64,000 nt of DNA from Pecten maximus (lineage: Eukaryota): contig NC_047021.1 of assembly GCF_902652985.1 (NCBI RefSeq), positions 38,874,001 through 38,938,000 of the forward strand, read 5' to 3'. Below the pieces are notes generated by a model. It was not told the DNA's origin. It ran no database searches and saw only the letters and a program-made list of their open reading frames with translations. This document shows positions 1 to 13,603 of this stretch, one piece after another (the first letter of the stretch is position 1; every line of letters begins with the position of its first letter). The position numbers and the translations under genes are program-made.

Positions 1-374
1 TATGACAAATTTTCGGTGGGGATTTAATATCACAAAGCCTTCCACTCTGGAGGAGTCCTAACAAAGGTCTATGAACTTCTAATAGCAGAAGCAGACCCAC
101 ACATTTACAGAGAATGAACACCAGGATTTTTGAAAAATGTTCAAATATGAAAATTTCGTGATGAAATGATTTGCCTTTGGACATGGTCAAGCAATGAAAA
201 AAAAAGACTGACAGAAATATACCTCCAAACCATCAGGAAATTGATAATTTAATGTGAAGACAGGATGATGATTTTTTTTATAACGAGATATTCACACCAT
301 ATTAAACAATGTGCAATAACTACAACAAGATAATATTTTTTTTGTATTGTTTTTGATAAAGAAAAGTAACTTAC

Positions 375-455
375 ATCATCTTCAGCAAAGAAGTTTCTGC
401 GTACGATCCGACGCTGGCTTCCGAGGCTTTGACGAACAAAGGCACTGTAAGTTTC
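375..455 (-). CDS. Internal exon of uncharacterised coiled-coil-like gene (ETYSAFVRQSLGSQRRIVRRNFFAEDD), phase 0-0
   Basis: Minus strand tttgtcgtgttacag|GAAACT...GATGAT|gtaagt; 81 nt, open, in frame with exon 754-848. Confidence 0.85.
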
Positions 456-753
456 CTGTAACACGACAAAGAAGACGTCATAAATCAACACTGGGCCCCT
501 GTTAATTCAGACAGAGATGAGGCCTTTCCTTATAATTTACACAAGGCTCACAGTAATCCATTCTTAAATGTACTAGAGGGAGTTTGACAACCAATAGTAT
601 AATGTTTTCATGTAGTTTAAACGAACAAAAGACTATTGATAATTTTCTACAATAACAAATACAAACCAGTTCCTTATTTATAATTCAAATCCAGTATAAT
701 AAAAACAATATATTTCAACTGCATCATCTATAAGGGAGATAACTCTTGTTTAC

Positions 754-848
754 CTTTAGCTCTTTGGGAATGTTGGCGTCTTCACGCAGCAAGCGCATTA
801 TTGACTCTTTCCGTAGAGTTTCCCACAGTTTAGCAGCCCCAATCCTTC
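754..848 (-). CDS. Internal exon ((G)RIGAAKLWETLRKESIMRLLREDANIPKELK), phase 1-0
   Basis: ttttctag|GAAGG...CTAAAG|gtaaac; 95 nt; phase matches upstream phase-1 exons and downstream exon 375-455. Confidence 0.85.
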
Positions 849-2384
849 CTAGAAAATTAAAATAAAAAATTAATTAATCAATTAAACATGTTCAACCAAA
901 ATTATATTTGGTATATCAAGACTTATTTTATTTACCCGTCCAGTAAACTAAAAAGCAAAATTTTTTTCAGAAAGCATGTATATTGATATGGTAGCACAGC
1001 AATAAAATAAAGGTTGAATATATATTCACTATTTTGCGAAGCTGAATATTTTTCAGTCTTCAAAACGTTAATTTTAATAGCGTAACACTTTAAAGCAAAG
1101 AATTAAAAATATAAGAATATCAATGCATTAAGCAGAAATGATTGTAAGGACAGCTGTTAGCGTGAACTAACAAGTTTATCAAAAAATATTTTTTATTTAA
1201 GCATTTTATACATCATTTAATTAACTCAACAAATAATTATTTTATTTCTTAATTTCTTAGTTGTAAAGGTCATCCAAGCATAATTCTTAATTTTTAAAAC
1301 GACAGGTATTACAAACAAAAACAACATTCAGATTAATTTACAACAAGTAACATTTACAGAGTTTAAAAACAAATGTTAGAAATGACAAAATTTAATTCTT
1401 TTCATCATGTTTTTATGTTTTCACTTTCCTTACTTCATCTTTTACCTACAATATCAATTCTTTTCAGCCAGAAAAAACTGATATCTTTACAAAATAACTA
1501 TCATTTTTTAGATTTTGTTTCTTGCAACTATTTACTGGAATCAAGCAATAAAAAAAAGATTTTTCTCCAATCTGGTGCTGATAGTTCTTAGTGAAAATAC
1601 TTGAAATTAAATCAGTTCTCTTTTCCTCTGAAACGTACTGCAAACTGCTTTAAACCTACAAATGTATGAATTCAATGAGAACTAGTTCCTATTTTTCACC
1701 TATATTTATTTGTAACTGATTAAGCACAGCTTGATGGACACACCCATCCACACCACACATGGTAGTATATACTTGAGACACACACACAGTAAGTAGGTAT
1801 ATAAAATATATGAGTAGTGAGATATACACACACAGCTATACGAGATGTGTGACAGTAGTTGTCTCCCCTGTATGACATTTGAGGGGCAGTAGTAAATGTA
1901 ATAAATTACCCACAAGTTGAGAGATAACCAAAAACTTATCTTTAATATCAATTTTAATAAATATTAAAAAATGTATGTCACACAAAAAGGTTCTTTTCAG
2001 TTATAATTTAATTGTCATATCAAAAAATTTCAAGGACATTTTTTTTAAGTGAATAATATGATGTTTACATTAAAACAGGTAAAATTGAAATTTTAAAAGG
2101 GTTTTAAGAAATCAAAACACAAAAAATAATGATAGAGGATATTCAGAAAAAAAATTGGTTGTCTCCCTTTGTTCAAGTTTATGGTGGATAAAAAAAGCAA
2201 CAGAAATAGGCACAATTATAAATATAACAACCAAGGTTATACAAATGGGTGGAAACAGGCAAAACAACACTTGGCAGTATTAGTAGGTCAAGGACACAAG
2301 GTCAAGGTTATTTAAGGTGTGGGGTCAAAGGTCATGCTGACACCTGTGATGATCAGGTCCCCATCACATGCAACAGTTTGTTAC

Positions 2385-2438
2385 CTAAGCCTTCAAAAGA
2401 TAAATCCTCCATAATTTGGTCCATTTTCTGGGTTGATC
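2385..2438 (-). CDS. Probable symmetric cassette exon ((G)STQKMDQIMEDLSFEGL), phase 1-1
   Basis: atatccag|GATCAA...GCTTAG|gtaaca; 54 nt, open in the required frame; acceptor pyrimidine tract is weak. Confidence 0.55.
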   Translation of the reverse strand, partial: DQPRKWTKLWRIYLLKA

Positions 2439-2920
2439 CTGGATATCAAGTGAAATTCACATAATGCTTAGGATATTGGTTTGAATCTCTTTTCAATGCA
2501 ATTTGTATTTATCTATCTCTAAGCCTGTGTCCGGTAGTCCACCTTTGTCAAGACGCTATGTAATTGTCCTGCAATACGCCCACCCCCTACTGATAGTTAA
2601 AGTTAATGTGCTGGCCCCTGGCCTTTAAATACAGGATTATGGTAACCCAGATTATCTGTTTGGATTAAGTGTAATTCAAATTTCACATAAATTCAGACAG
2701 AAAATCCATCTTTTAATCTATAGATATTGATATGGTTTCAACCCAGTTAAATATAAATTGATATCCAACCGTTTTATGAATGTCTTTTAAAAATCTAATG
2801 ACTGTAAATGTTGTCATACTAGATGTAGCTGAATCAATGTGAATAAAATCCTCTGGATGAAAATTGATGCAATTTGCCTACAAATGAATGACAACTACAG
2901 CACTTCTTTCAACAGTTCCT

Positions 2921-3245
2921 TACTCTATATCTTAACTTACTGCTAGTACTCTATATCTTAACTTACTGCTAGTACTCTTTATCTTAACTTACTGCTAGTA
3001 CTCTATATCTTAACTTACTGCTAGTACTCCTTATCTTAACTTACTGCTAGTACTCTATATCTTAACTTACTGTTAGTACTCTTTATCTTAACTTACGGTC
3101 GTTATTCCGTATCTTAAATTACGATCGTTATTCCGTATCTTATCTTATGGCCGTTATTTACGGTTGATACTTCGTATCTTAACTTATGTTTGTTATTCCG
3201 TATTTTAACTACGTTAATGGTCGTCACTCCATATCTTAACTTACA
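2921..3245. repeat. 26-bp minisatellite TACTCTATATCTTAACTTACTGCTAG, degenerating rightwards
   Basis: About 6-7 near-perfect units, then diverged units. Confidence 0.9.
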
Positions 3246-3446
3246 AAGTTCTGAAGATGCATGTAATGATATATTATAGGTTAAGGAACCAGGCATTGGT
3301 TACAAGCAGATATATATGTAAATATAACTGATACTATTTATAGAGTAATATACAAAACACAATGATATAATTGTATTATTAGAACACACAATGAAATATA
3401 AATTGTAACATATAATGTAATTTGACTTCATTATGACAAATGAGTA

Positions 3447-3770
3447 CATGTATTATAACTGAAGTATTGTATAATTGATGTATTATAATTAATGTATTAT
3501 AATTGATGTATTGAAAGTGTAATATAATTGATGTATTGATGATGTATTATAACTGATGTATTTATGATGTATTATAATTGATGTATTTATGATGTTTTAT
3601 AATTGATGTATTGATGATGTATTATAATTGATGTATTGATGATGTATTATAATTGATGTATTGATGATGTATTATAATTGATGTATACATAGCATTATAA
3701 CTGAAGTATTAGAATCGATGCAATTAATAAAACGATGTATTGATCAATTTTAATTGATGTATTGAAGTAT
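3447..3770. repeat. ~25-bp minisatellite GTATTATAATTGATGTATTGATGAT
   Basis: Direct inspection. Confidence 0.9.
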
Positions 3771-5313
3771 ATAATGAAGTCCACTGTACAAGGTAGCTGA
3801 TATTGATTATCAGTAAACATAATGCTCCGTAATACATTGGAACTACCTTATACAAATTATGTTATTGATTTATTTTGTCAAAGGTTTTCTTTCTGCCTGG
3901 TTGAGTTGTTTTCAGTAATTGAAGTACAAACCTACCTGCTTGTGAACCTATCTATTAGTCAATATTCCCACCTATTGTTTGTAAAGAGATGATATATCGT
4001 TGTTCAATGAAGCTCACCGTTGGTCTTGGCCGAGCGAACAGATGGCTATATATTATACAGGTTTGGACAGGTCAATGTTTGGCCACAAAAGCTTACGATC
4101 AATAACATAACTTCCGCCACCATTTTGCCATTGATCCATCTCCGGCCTCATGGAATTTAATTTGAAAACACCCATTGTTCCTGTCAGACTGGGTCTATAC
4201 ATCAGCCATTTACGAAGGACGCTGATGAAGAAAAAAACGGCGAGGGGAAATGTGCAGTAGTATTTTCCAGTATCATCGATTGTTATCAAAACCTGATCGT
4301 AAGTGATAATTTCTATTGAGCGGGGCGGGTAGGCTGGATTAGGAACAGGTAACATACTAAGGTGCAATCATGTGAATAGAGCGCAGTTCATCTCCTAGAG
4401 AGCTCTTCAATAGGCCCATGGGAGTCATTCAATGTCAGTAGTGATCCTTGCTCAAGCAGCAAATAAGCCACGTTGGCACGCGCCACTAAACAAGCATTGC
4501 ATGCTGGGAGAATTACAATGTAGGCATTCCGTATAGAGATGAAATTTTCATCAGCTGAAGCCGATTAAAGTTGGTCTGCGATGCTAGGAAGATTGCGCTC
4601 GATCAGGCATGGGTAGGCCCTGTCATTGCGGGTTATCAGACTGGTGTGATGTATGGCCAGGGCAGTGACAAGAGCTGTAACCATAGGAATGTTTCAACAA
4701 AAACATTCCCCCTCCCTACCAAGTTGCAACATGTCCTACAACAGACTATCCTATCCACCCCTATAGAGCTATAATGGAATGAGCATCTCATTGATCTGGA
4801 AGAACCAATGTTGGTGTTCAGGGTAGAAAACCCCTGTCCTATTATTGAGTGACCTGGTATTTGTATTTGCCTGTTATTATTCCCTGTTTATTATATTGCT
4901 GTCTTGTTTCAACATTTGCATAATGGTCGGTTTGGATAAACATAGGAAGTAGTTTCAGGCACATTCTCTGCCACTCAAGCCACAAGGCATACCAAATATG
5001 GTACCAACTCATTTGAATAAGTAATTGAATACCAAATATGGTAACAATTGATGTTTGCATGATACCCTTGGTAAGTACCACCTTAAACAGTGTAGGCCTA
5101 TTAGTGATAAAAGCTTCCCAAGTTAATGTGATCGTTTTGCACTTAATTACTCTATATAATGAAGTGGATAGTTATATACCTTGATGGATAATCTTTTTTT
5201 TTTAATAAAGTAAAAAAAGTGTTCCTGTAGATTTTTCTTTTTTTTTTTTTTGCACAAAAAGCCTTTCCATATTTATGCTACAAAATGTATTTCAGCTGGA
5301 TAGTTTGTAAGAG

Positions 5314-5625
5314 CAGCTGATGGGCTGTGAGGTTATGACAGCTAGGCCCTGATGAGCTGCGAGGTTATGACAGGCCCTGATGAGCTGTGAGGTGATGAAC
5401 AGCCCTGATGAGCTGTGAGTTATATGACCAGTACTGGTGAGTTGTGATTATATGACCAGCCCTGCATGGTGAGCTGTGAGTTATATAACCTGTCCTGATG
5501 AGCTGTGAGTTATATGACCTGCCCTGGTGAGCTGTGAGTTATATGACAGACGCTGATGAGCTGTGAGTTATATAACCGACCCTGATGAGCTGTGAGTTAT
5601 ATGACCGACCCTTATGAGCTGTGAC
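5314..5625. repeat. ~30-bp minisatellite CCCTGATGAGCTGTGAGTTATATGACC
   Basis: About 10 units. Confidence 0.9.
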
Positions 5626-6769
5626 ATTGAGAGCACCATTCTTAACTAACCTAACTTAACAACTACCGAAAATAGACCATCTCTATAAATCTGTTGCCAT
5701 ACTGGTTCTCATATGTTCGTCATATGTAAAACAATGCATACAGATATCAGTCTCTATATTCACCAGATGGTGCCCCAAGCAGAATCCTGTGTCCTACATT
5801 TACTTTCATCACCGATATTAGTTGTCTTACCTGTATCAATTTCTATGTCCATATTAATTACAGGTACAATATGAAATATTATTATGCTAATGAATGTAAA
5901 ATCAGTATTTGTATGTTTAATTCTGTATTGATGTCATCAAATATGGATTTATAACTGCATCAAATCTTCAAGCATCAATTGGATTCACTAACATCTGTTA
6001 CCAGGTAAATCCTTGACATATAGATCTCGGAATAATTGGAAAATGAGATGTCGGGATGTTTTCCTATACTCCCGTAATTAACCGTGTTGCATTCTTACAA
6101 CATATTCAGCTATACTGCTTCTATGTACTGAGAATTTTATATAAAAATCAATATACTTAAAAAATAAAAATTAAAAAAATGTGATGTTTTAAAACTAATC
6201 AATTTATATTAATTTTTTTTAAATTTTTCAAAGACTACAGGGAAATGATCCTTCAACATTATATGTGTGTCCTAACATCTGTAGTGTATATATTAGTACA
6301 AGGAGTTTGTTACTCATTATGCCAGAGGGCAGACCCAGTTTCTATCCCAAACATACGAGTAAGCTAAAATTCATTGGAGTAAACACATATTGAGATGTGA
6401 ATTGTATATACATGTAAAACTAATACTTTTAAAGTAATGAAAACCGGAAGAAATATTATTGAAGTTTTATTCTACACTAGGTAATTAATATTAGCAGAGG
6501 AGGATAAAGGTCGTCATTTACAGGCAAAAATCTGATGTCTGTGAGAACAACATGGCTACCCAAGGTTGAGGCTTTTTATATAGATAATACAGCAGAAACT
6601 AATTTGGAATGTAGATTTTATTAATCCAGCATTACATTTGCTTTCCATCTGAAGATTTATTGTACCTATCTGAATTACATTCTGTGTGTGTATTTTGTTG
6701 TTTATTTATAAATTTATTTATTTGACACATGTGTATAAACTTATAACAGTAACCACAACAATAACTCAC

Positions 6770-7099
6770 CTCCCTGTTTGGCAAGAGCCGGGTTAACCTT
6801 GACTTGCTGTTCCATTTTCGGATGCAGGAAGGTGTCTGCATCTTCTCCGAACATATCGTATAGTTGACTCTGATACCATTGTAACTCCTCCTTGCTTGGC
6901 TGCTGCCAATTCTTCTTGGCCTCCTTTGTATTTAAGTTGGAGGGAGTTCTAGACATCGGGGGTAGCGTTGCCTGGAATCCCCCGGACTTCCCAGCACCCG
7001 TTGCCTTGCTGAAATCATTTCCATTTCCAGGTTGGTCACTGTTGGAAGCCAATTTGGCATTCTTTTTCTTTTCCAAAAGGACAGCCTTTTTGTCTTCCT
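6770..7099 (-). CDS. Internal exon, 110 codons ((E)EDKKAVLLEKKKNAKL...VNPALAKQG), phase 1-1
   Basis: tttgtattttacag|AGGAAG...GGAG|gtgagt; 330 nt; GC-richer than flanks; lies within ORF 6741..7118. Confidence 0.9.
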
Positions 7100-7267
7100 C
7101 TGTAAAATACAAATTCAATTTTTACAATCCATGCAACTACCATGTCTTGTATGTGTGCCAATTTGGCATTCTTTTTCTTTTCCAAAAGGACAGCCTTTTT
7201 GTCTTCCTCTGTAAAATACAAATTCAATTTTTACAATCCATGCAACTACCATGTCTTGTATGTGTGC
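7048..7267. repeat. Perfect 109-bp tandem duplication spanning an exon/intron boundary (splice acceptor)
   Basis: 7048-7156 is repeated from 7157; acceptor AG at 7100-7101 is copied at 7209-7210. Confidence 0.95.
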
Positions 7268-7691
7268 TATATCAAAACAACTTTTTGTACTTCATATTTC
7301 ATAAGTGATCCACAAACTCCAAGACCTCCAATTTGTTTTGTATTATGTATGAATTTATAGTTCCTGAAGCCTTCCAAAAGACTTAAATGTTTAAAAGTAT
7401 ATACACTTCAGATACACAAAATTCAACATTAATTCTTTGTTTTTGTCTCAAGGTTTGTTCCCTTTTATAATTTTTAAGTAAATGTAACATCTTGTGGCAA
7501 CCTAAGCAACATTTTCCACTAAATGATAATTTTGAAACTTTTGATAAATTAACTGATTAAGTTAATACGGTATGTTGTGTGTATAGAGAAACTTTACATA
7601 TTTTGATAATGTAAAGTTCTGTCATACAATTAATTAAAGAAACACCAATAAAATGTATTTTTAACATACACAGTACCATATCATATACTGC

Positions 7692-7921
7692 AAATAAGCT
7701 ATCCACAAATAAGCTCCTATATCCACAAATAAGCTATCCACAAATAAGCTCCTATCCACAAATAAGCTCCAATAGCTCCTATCCACAAATAAGCTCCTAT
7801 CCACAAATAAGCTCCTATCCACAAATATGCTCCTATCCACAAATAGGCTCCTATTCCACAAATAGGCTCCTATCCACAAATAAGCTCCTATCCACAAATA
7901 AGCCTTGGTCCACAAATAAGC
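7692..7921. repeat. 18-bp minisatellite CTCCTATCCACAAATAAG
   Basis: About 12 units. Confidence 0.9.
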
Positions 7922-9502
7922 CCTTTTCAATTTTTTTTATAGAATCCTTAATTTTAAAACAATGACTAATTTTGCGGTACAGGAAGGTGCTTATTTGAGA
8001 ATAATATGTCGTAATAATGTACATGGTTTTTTCCCCATGAATACATACTGAGCTACATGAAAGTTCACCGCACATCTAGCTGATTGGATAACTAATATTG
8101 ACCAGCATTGGACAGATATTTAAGAACAGTTAGTACACTTATGTATGATGTAACTATCAGACTTCAAGTCTTAAATACAACATTTAGAAAGATGACATTG
8201 TAAGTTAATTATAACACCACTTCCAATGAAATCCTGAAGAGTAAAGACAAATATTTCTATACTGACAAGCTAAAAACCCTATGGTACTTCATTGAAGACA
8301 TTATAGCATTTAAGCTTGTGAACAAAACGAATATTTCAATCAAAAATAGCACAACACATTTTACATTTTTATTCAAAAGCATCAATAGAATAACTATAGA
8401 GTAATAAACATCAATAGTATTGACAGTGCGTCACCCAGCATCATCAACATTCCCAAACACCAAGCAATACATTTCTCCCTCAGGCAGCCATCTTGCCGAA
8501 TGTGTAATTTTCAGAAAACTAGGAAATTGCACGCATTAAGATTAATTGTATTTTACCTACCGTCGATGGCTTCTAAATGAGTCCGGGAGGAGGACTTTAA
8601 CTTCAAACCAAACATGGCGAAACAGTCACAATTTCTAAGACGCCAATATTCAATGCAAGAATCCTCTACATCTCTGTTAACGCAGGACAGAACCAAACAA
8701 CATGCTCGCTATGGGATCAATTTAGTCAGAACACCAGATTAGAAATTGCTTCTATTCATATTTGATATTGCTTATTATAATCTAACTACGGAATTAAGAT
8801 TGATCCCAGGAGAGTTCTTGAATGCCATGAAAAAGAACTATACCTCTTTTACCTTCTTTAAAAGCACAATCTATAATACGCCAAATCTTCACACAGATTA
8901 GCGTGGTTATGTTCCACCGAGGACAATAAAGATTAGTTTTGGATTCTACAATGGTATTAGCTCTTGAGAATGTGTCTTATCCAGGACTTGTTAAGTCCAC
9001 GTCTCTTTAGGTGCTGTTGAGCCCCAAACTCTAATTCACATTTTTATCCAGCGTCACGGGAGCCCTAGTATTAAAGTCGCAAACTCGCTTGGATTCAATA
9101 ATTCTTATTCCAACCACCAGAGACTAAGGATTATTGCCCTTAGGTGTCCATTTTTACATGAATACCAGTCATCATATATTTAATCAACAGTGACTTGAGC
9201 AAGGCTTTTAAAGGAACCCATTCAACAACAGATCGAGTAAAGAAAATGGCTGCCCTGGATGGCCATTTGTACCAAATTGAAAATACTTACATCTGAGATT
9301 TCATCTCCATTTCCACAATATGTAACAGAAACCCAAAAGACCAAGCTTAAATTGATATGATTTTCAGACAGAGATGCAGAACTCAATATCATTATTTTTG
9401 TGGATAGATTTTAAAGTCTAGAGAGTTGAGACAGATTTTTTTTCTTTAATACATTCATATATATATTCTTGTGAACATTAATTGTTCTGAGAAACAATGT
9501 AA

Positions 9503-9524
9503 CCCCCCCCCCCCCCCCCCCCCC
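9503..9524. repeat. C22 homopolymer
   Basis: Direct inspection. Confidence 0.9.
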
Positions 9525-10019
9525 GCAAATTGCTTTTTTCTTTCTTTCTTTCCCATTATAATTTACCTGCAGACATAAAGGGTAATGTTAAGTTAAAATT
9601 TATCTATAAAAGCACTTAAGTAAGTAAGTAAGGAGATCTTTATAGCCAGGTGGTTCTTATATAGAGGTTTGAAAATACAATTATTGTGTTACATGGGGAG
9701 GCAAAACTGAGCGACATTGACTATTCGAACATTGCATGACCTTGACCTCAAAATCATCATCTAGAAGATGTACTTTTTCACGTATATGAACATATATTTA
9801 CATATAAATAAAATGCAAACATTCTATAAACTAATCTCAATTATGTTTCCCAATATATTTATTTTCATATTTGGATAAAAGTTGATCATTCAAAAGTCAT
9901 CTTTTAGGTTCAGTGATTAAATGGGGAACCAGCTAGTTCAATCTACAGGAGAAGCCGGTCCATCCATCAACTACTCATTGTATCTGTGGATATCAGACTA
10001 GAGCAATCAACATCGGGAG

Positions 10020-10052
10020 TGTTTACATCAATGGTCACGTCTCCATGGAGAC
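10020..10052. promoter_or_regulatory. Candidate forkhead (TGTTTAC) plus palindromic X-box (GTCTCCATGGAGAC) pair
   Basis: Motif match only, in GC-richer unique sequence. Confidence 0.4.
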
Positions 10053-11449
10053 AACTTGTTTGTCCTGCCCGGGTCGACACAGCGCCACCACCAAAGAAAA
10101 CAAAAGCGAGCGATTCATAACAGAACTGGAGGGAACCTAAACACAGTATTGTGGGGTTATCCCCAGAGACTCGGATACGTTTCTAAACCAAGCAATCGCC
10201 TAATGAACATGCTTAGAAAGCGCCACACCAAGATTTGTATACTTCTAAAACAGGACACAACAGGAAACTCCCAAGCATACATATAGCTTCATCATAAACA
10301 GCCTCAATATCAAATTCTTTGGAGTACTTAAGTTCTCATCTGCAGTTTCAATCTTCTCTGATGTCTCATCAATATTTCACAACATCATACATATTATCTA
10401 TTTCACAGTTCAGTGAAACATATGTTTTTGCAGTTGCAATGAGCCCACCCCTGCTTTTAAATTTCACAAAATCTACTTTACAGTTAAATAAAAATGCCGA
10501 CAAACATCCTACAGAAAGCCCATCCTCCTATTTTCAGTAAAAGATTATGCGTTGGTTCCCTAGACTTATAACTGGGCAAATAAGGTACCTGGGTAATGCA
10601 AATTTTTTCATAAATATTTGCTTCCAATATGGCCGCCTAAAAATTCTTCAGGTAATAATGACATTATCTTACTTACATTTCTTATACAGTTTTCTCAATG
10701 GAGATTCAATTTCTTTACCCCTATAAAACTTATAAATTATTTTTACTAGCTATTAAGGGATTAAGGAATAATCTGTGACTTTTGGCCAGTATTTCACACC
10801 ATGTGTAACATTACAACATGGGGAGTCCTATAGTAAATCTAACCTTCTCTATGACCTTGTCTTCGTAAATCTAAGTATATGCCAATGAAGGAAATCAAAA
10901 CATTGGAATATTCTAGCTAAATTCAAAATGACGAGTGGTTTTAGATTTAAGTGCTCAGTTTCAAATAAGGTATCTTGATGCTTTTGGTTTATTCGACAGT
11001 GTTTGAAATCGAAAGGGAAGATACATCCGTGTGATTCTAGCAATTTTTATCTTCTGTTGTTGGCTCAAAGCCTGACATCAAAGCTTGTGGTTTGGAAAAA
11101 ATCAATAGGCGCGTAGATATCTATCTACTCGCGAGAGGTTTCTGGGCGCGTAGGCAACAGGCAATACCACCTTTGTATCACCGAACAGAAACATTTCGCA
11201 TCGTATGTACACAACATCTTCGCCCAGCCGACCAGCGTCGGTAATAGACAATTACAATTCCATACGGAATTAAATTACAATTTTAATACTAATGTTAGCA
11301 GCATATTTTTATCCTGAAGTTTCAACGTGCATTTTGGTCCAGTAAAAAGTGTCATAGAGTATATTATGGTGTCCATAAAAACAATTTACAGGACCGTATT
11401 TCTATGGAAATGGTGTTTAAAAAGAAACAGGAAGTAGGTTTTAACTTAC

Positions 11450-11522
11450 CCAATGATTCTTTACACTTCTTCTCAAGAGCTGCTTCCCGAGCATTTTTCT
11501 TGGCTTTTTCGCTTTCTCTTTT
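11450..11522 (-). CDS. Internal exon (KRESEKAKKNAREAALEKKCKESL), phase 0-1
   Basis: tttatctttccag|AAAAGA...CATTGG|gtaagt; 73 nt; phases join exon 34146-34310 to exon 6770-7099. Confidence 0.88.
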
Positions 11523-12616
11523 CTGGAAAGATAAAAAAATACTTAATAAAACAAATGATTTGATCAATATTAAAAGAAAGTTTTCTACTTTTTTAACAGA
11601 ATCAGCTGATAATTACGTGAGTGGATCTCTGATTCCACCAGATAGAACGGTAACTTGTTGAAATATCAGATCTAATAAGAAAAGTATTTCAATCCTTGGT
11701 AAATCACTCTATTTTATTGTTCTTTAAAGAACAAAGGTTTGTGATTCAATATTGAACATGATTCTTTTGGAGGTAAAAACATGATTATGACTGACACCCG
11801 CATCTTTCTCAAATCTTTTTATTTGAAATAGGACTTTTATTACATAATTTTTTTTCGATTAAACTTAATGCTATGTATACACCGAAATGCACGGGCGCAA
11901 TTCTAACAGGACAACGGGCTAGACAAACTGTGTTAATTATGATGCATATCATTGCACATTAAAAAAAAAACTGTCGTTTATTTAATTCAAAGCATAACAA
12001 TTATATATATTGAAATTTATAAATTGGGCAATTATTTAAATGATCCTTATTTTTTACAGTATGAATCCTGCCTGTCACTTAACTTGAACACAGACACCAA
12101 AGAAATCCTCCCCCCATGTTGACTTAAAATAACACAAGAATATCTTTATCACACATACGTTTTTCAATAGAGTTAGCTAGAGCTAATACGAGCTATTCGT
12201 GACGTTCATGCTTCCATAAACTGTAATATGTTTATAATGAAATGCGATAGTCCCTCAAGTTTTCAGTGTAAAGGATCTCATCATCTAGCAAACTTATATT
12301 GTTAAAGACTTGAAGGGAATGTGACCTTTGACCCATGACCCATGACCCAAGCTCTGTTTGGATGAGTCCAATAATATTTTATTTATCATATATGTTGTCC
12401 ACCATATCTAATAGTGGAACAGTCCAGCCAATTATGAAAATATTTTTTTTCTGGAAACACCCGACATTTATAAAATATTCAAATTATGAAGAAAACTTGG
12501 TTATAATCCTTATCTTTAAGCCCTATAGTCTGAATGAATTTAAGGATACAAGCACCTTTAATATATACGTTTAAATATATTAGAATCCCTTGCTTAAAAT
12601 AGTTATTGAGTAAAGA

Positions 12617-12910
12617 TTTGGTTTTGGTTTGGTTTAGTATTGTTTAACGCCCTATCAACAACATCTATGGTTATTTTACGTCGACCTCCCCTGTGTGTGA
12701 GACGCGTGTGGCGATTGCGTGTGTGTTTCGGGAGGCTGCGCTATGTTAATGTTTGTCTCCTTTTGATAGCTGGAACTGATGCCGACTTTACAGTGCTACC
12801 TCACTGAAGCATACTACCGAAGACATCCAGCAGGACACCCCACCCAGTCACATTATACTGACAACTGAGGCAAACCAGCTCTCTCCGGTCACTCCTTCAT
12901 TGCTGAATGA
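12617..12910 (-). mobile_element. 5'-truncated SINE (Meta/MESC-type central domain, from recall), (AAACC)n tail
   Basis: Minus strand GTCAGTATAATGTGACTGGGTGGGGTGTCCTGCTGG...ATGCTTCAGTGAGGTAGCACT; 3' tail resembles that of the 37-kb SINE; no tRNA head or TSD seen. Confidence 0.7.
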
Positions 12911-13603
12911 GTATAAATGATTTCAAATGTGAATAATGAAAATGTAAAACGACAGTGTCCCTCTACATGGTTACTTAACATCCAAACATCAAAATAAAGA
13001 CCTTTCTTTTCAATGATCGACGTTCTACATCCGACAGGTTTAAACTTCCAAATCAACAATTTATTACAAAATATGAAAATGGATGGGAAATCGAAGAACT
13101 TTTCTCCTCGTATTCCGTGTTGAATTTCACCATTTGCTAAATTTATGGTAAAACAATATAGTTTCCTGTCGGAATAGAGACAAATGTACAATTTATTGTA
13201 AAAGAGACTTAAAAAACTCGGAACAGGCCGACCCAGTGGTCCTCACATTTCCATAGAAATAAATGTAGCAGAAGACTCTGTCTGCCATCTTCCCAGCTGA
13301 GCCATAAATCATATCACTCTTGACAAAAACCCAGAAATCTGACAAACTCCCCAGGAATTGGTTGTTAGGAATCAATTAGTATATTAGTACAATAATACAT
13401 AAAAGAATGCTTAAAGCTCAAAACGAGGAAAAAAAAAAAAAAAATGCCATGAAGCGAAGAAAAATATCCTTAATTATTGGGAATGTTCTGGTCTTTCATT
13501 TATTTTAATATGTTTTTACAGTTTTAAAGAAATCAAAATATCTTAAATGTAATCATTATACTCTAGTATGAACTAAAATACTTCAAACTGGTTTGATCGG
13601 TTC

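Noticed and set aside
5314-5625. Repeated CTGATGAG, the hammerhead core box
   Set aside because: No stem II, GAAA or stem III follows in any unit
5825-5860. Strong donor CAG|gtaaga on the minus strand
   Set aside because: No credible phase-1 acceptor with a pyrimidine tract upstream
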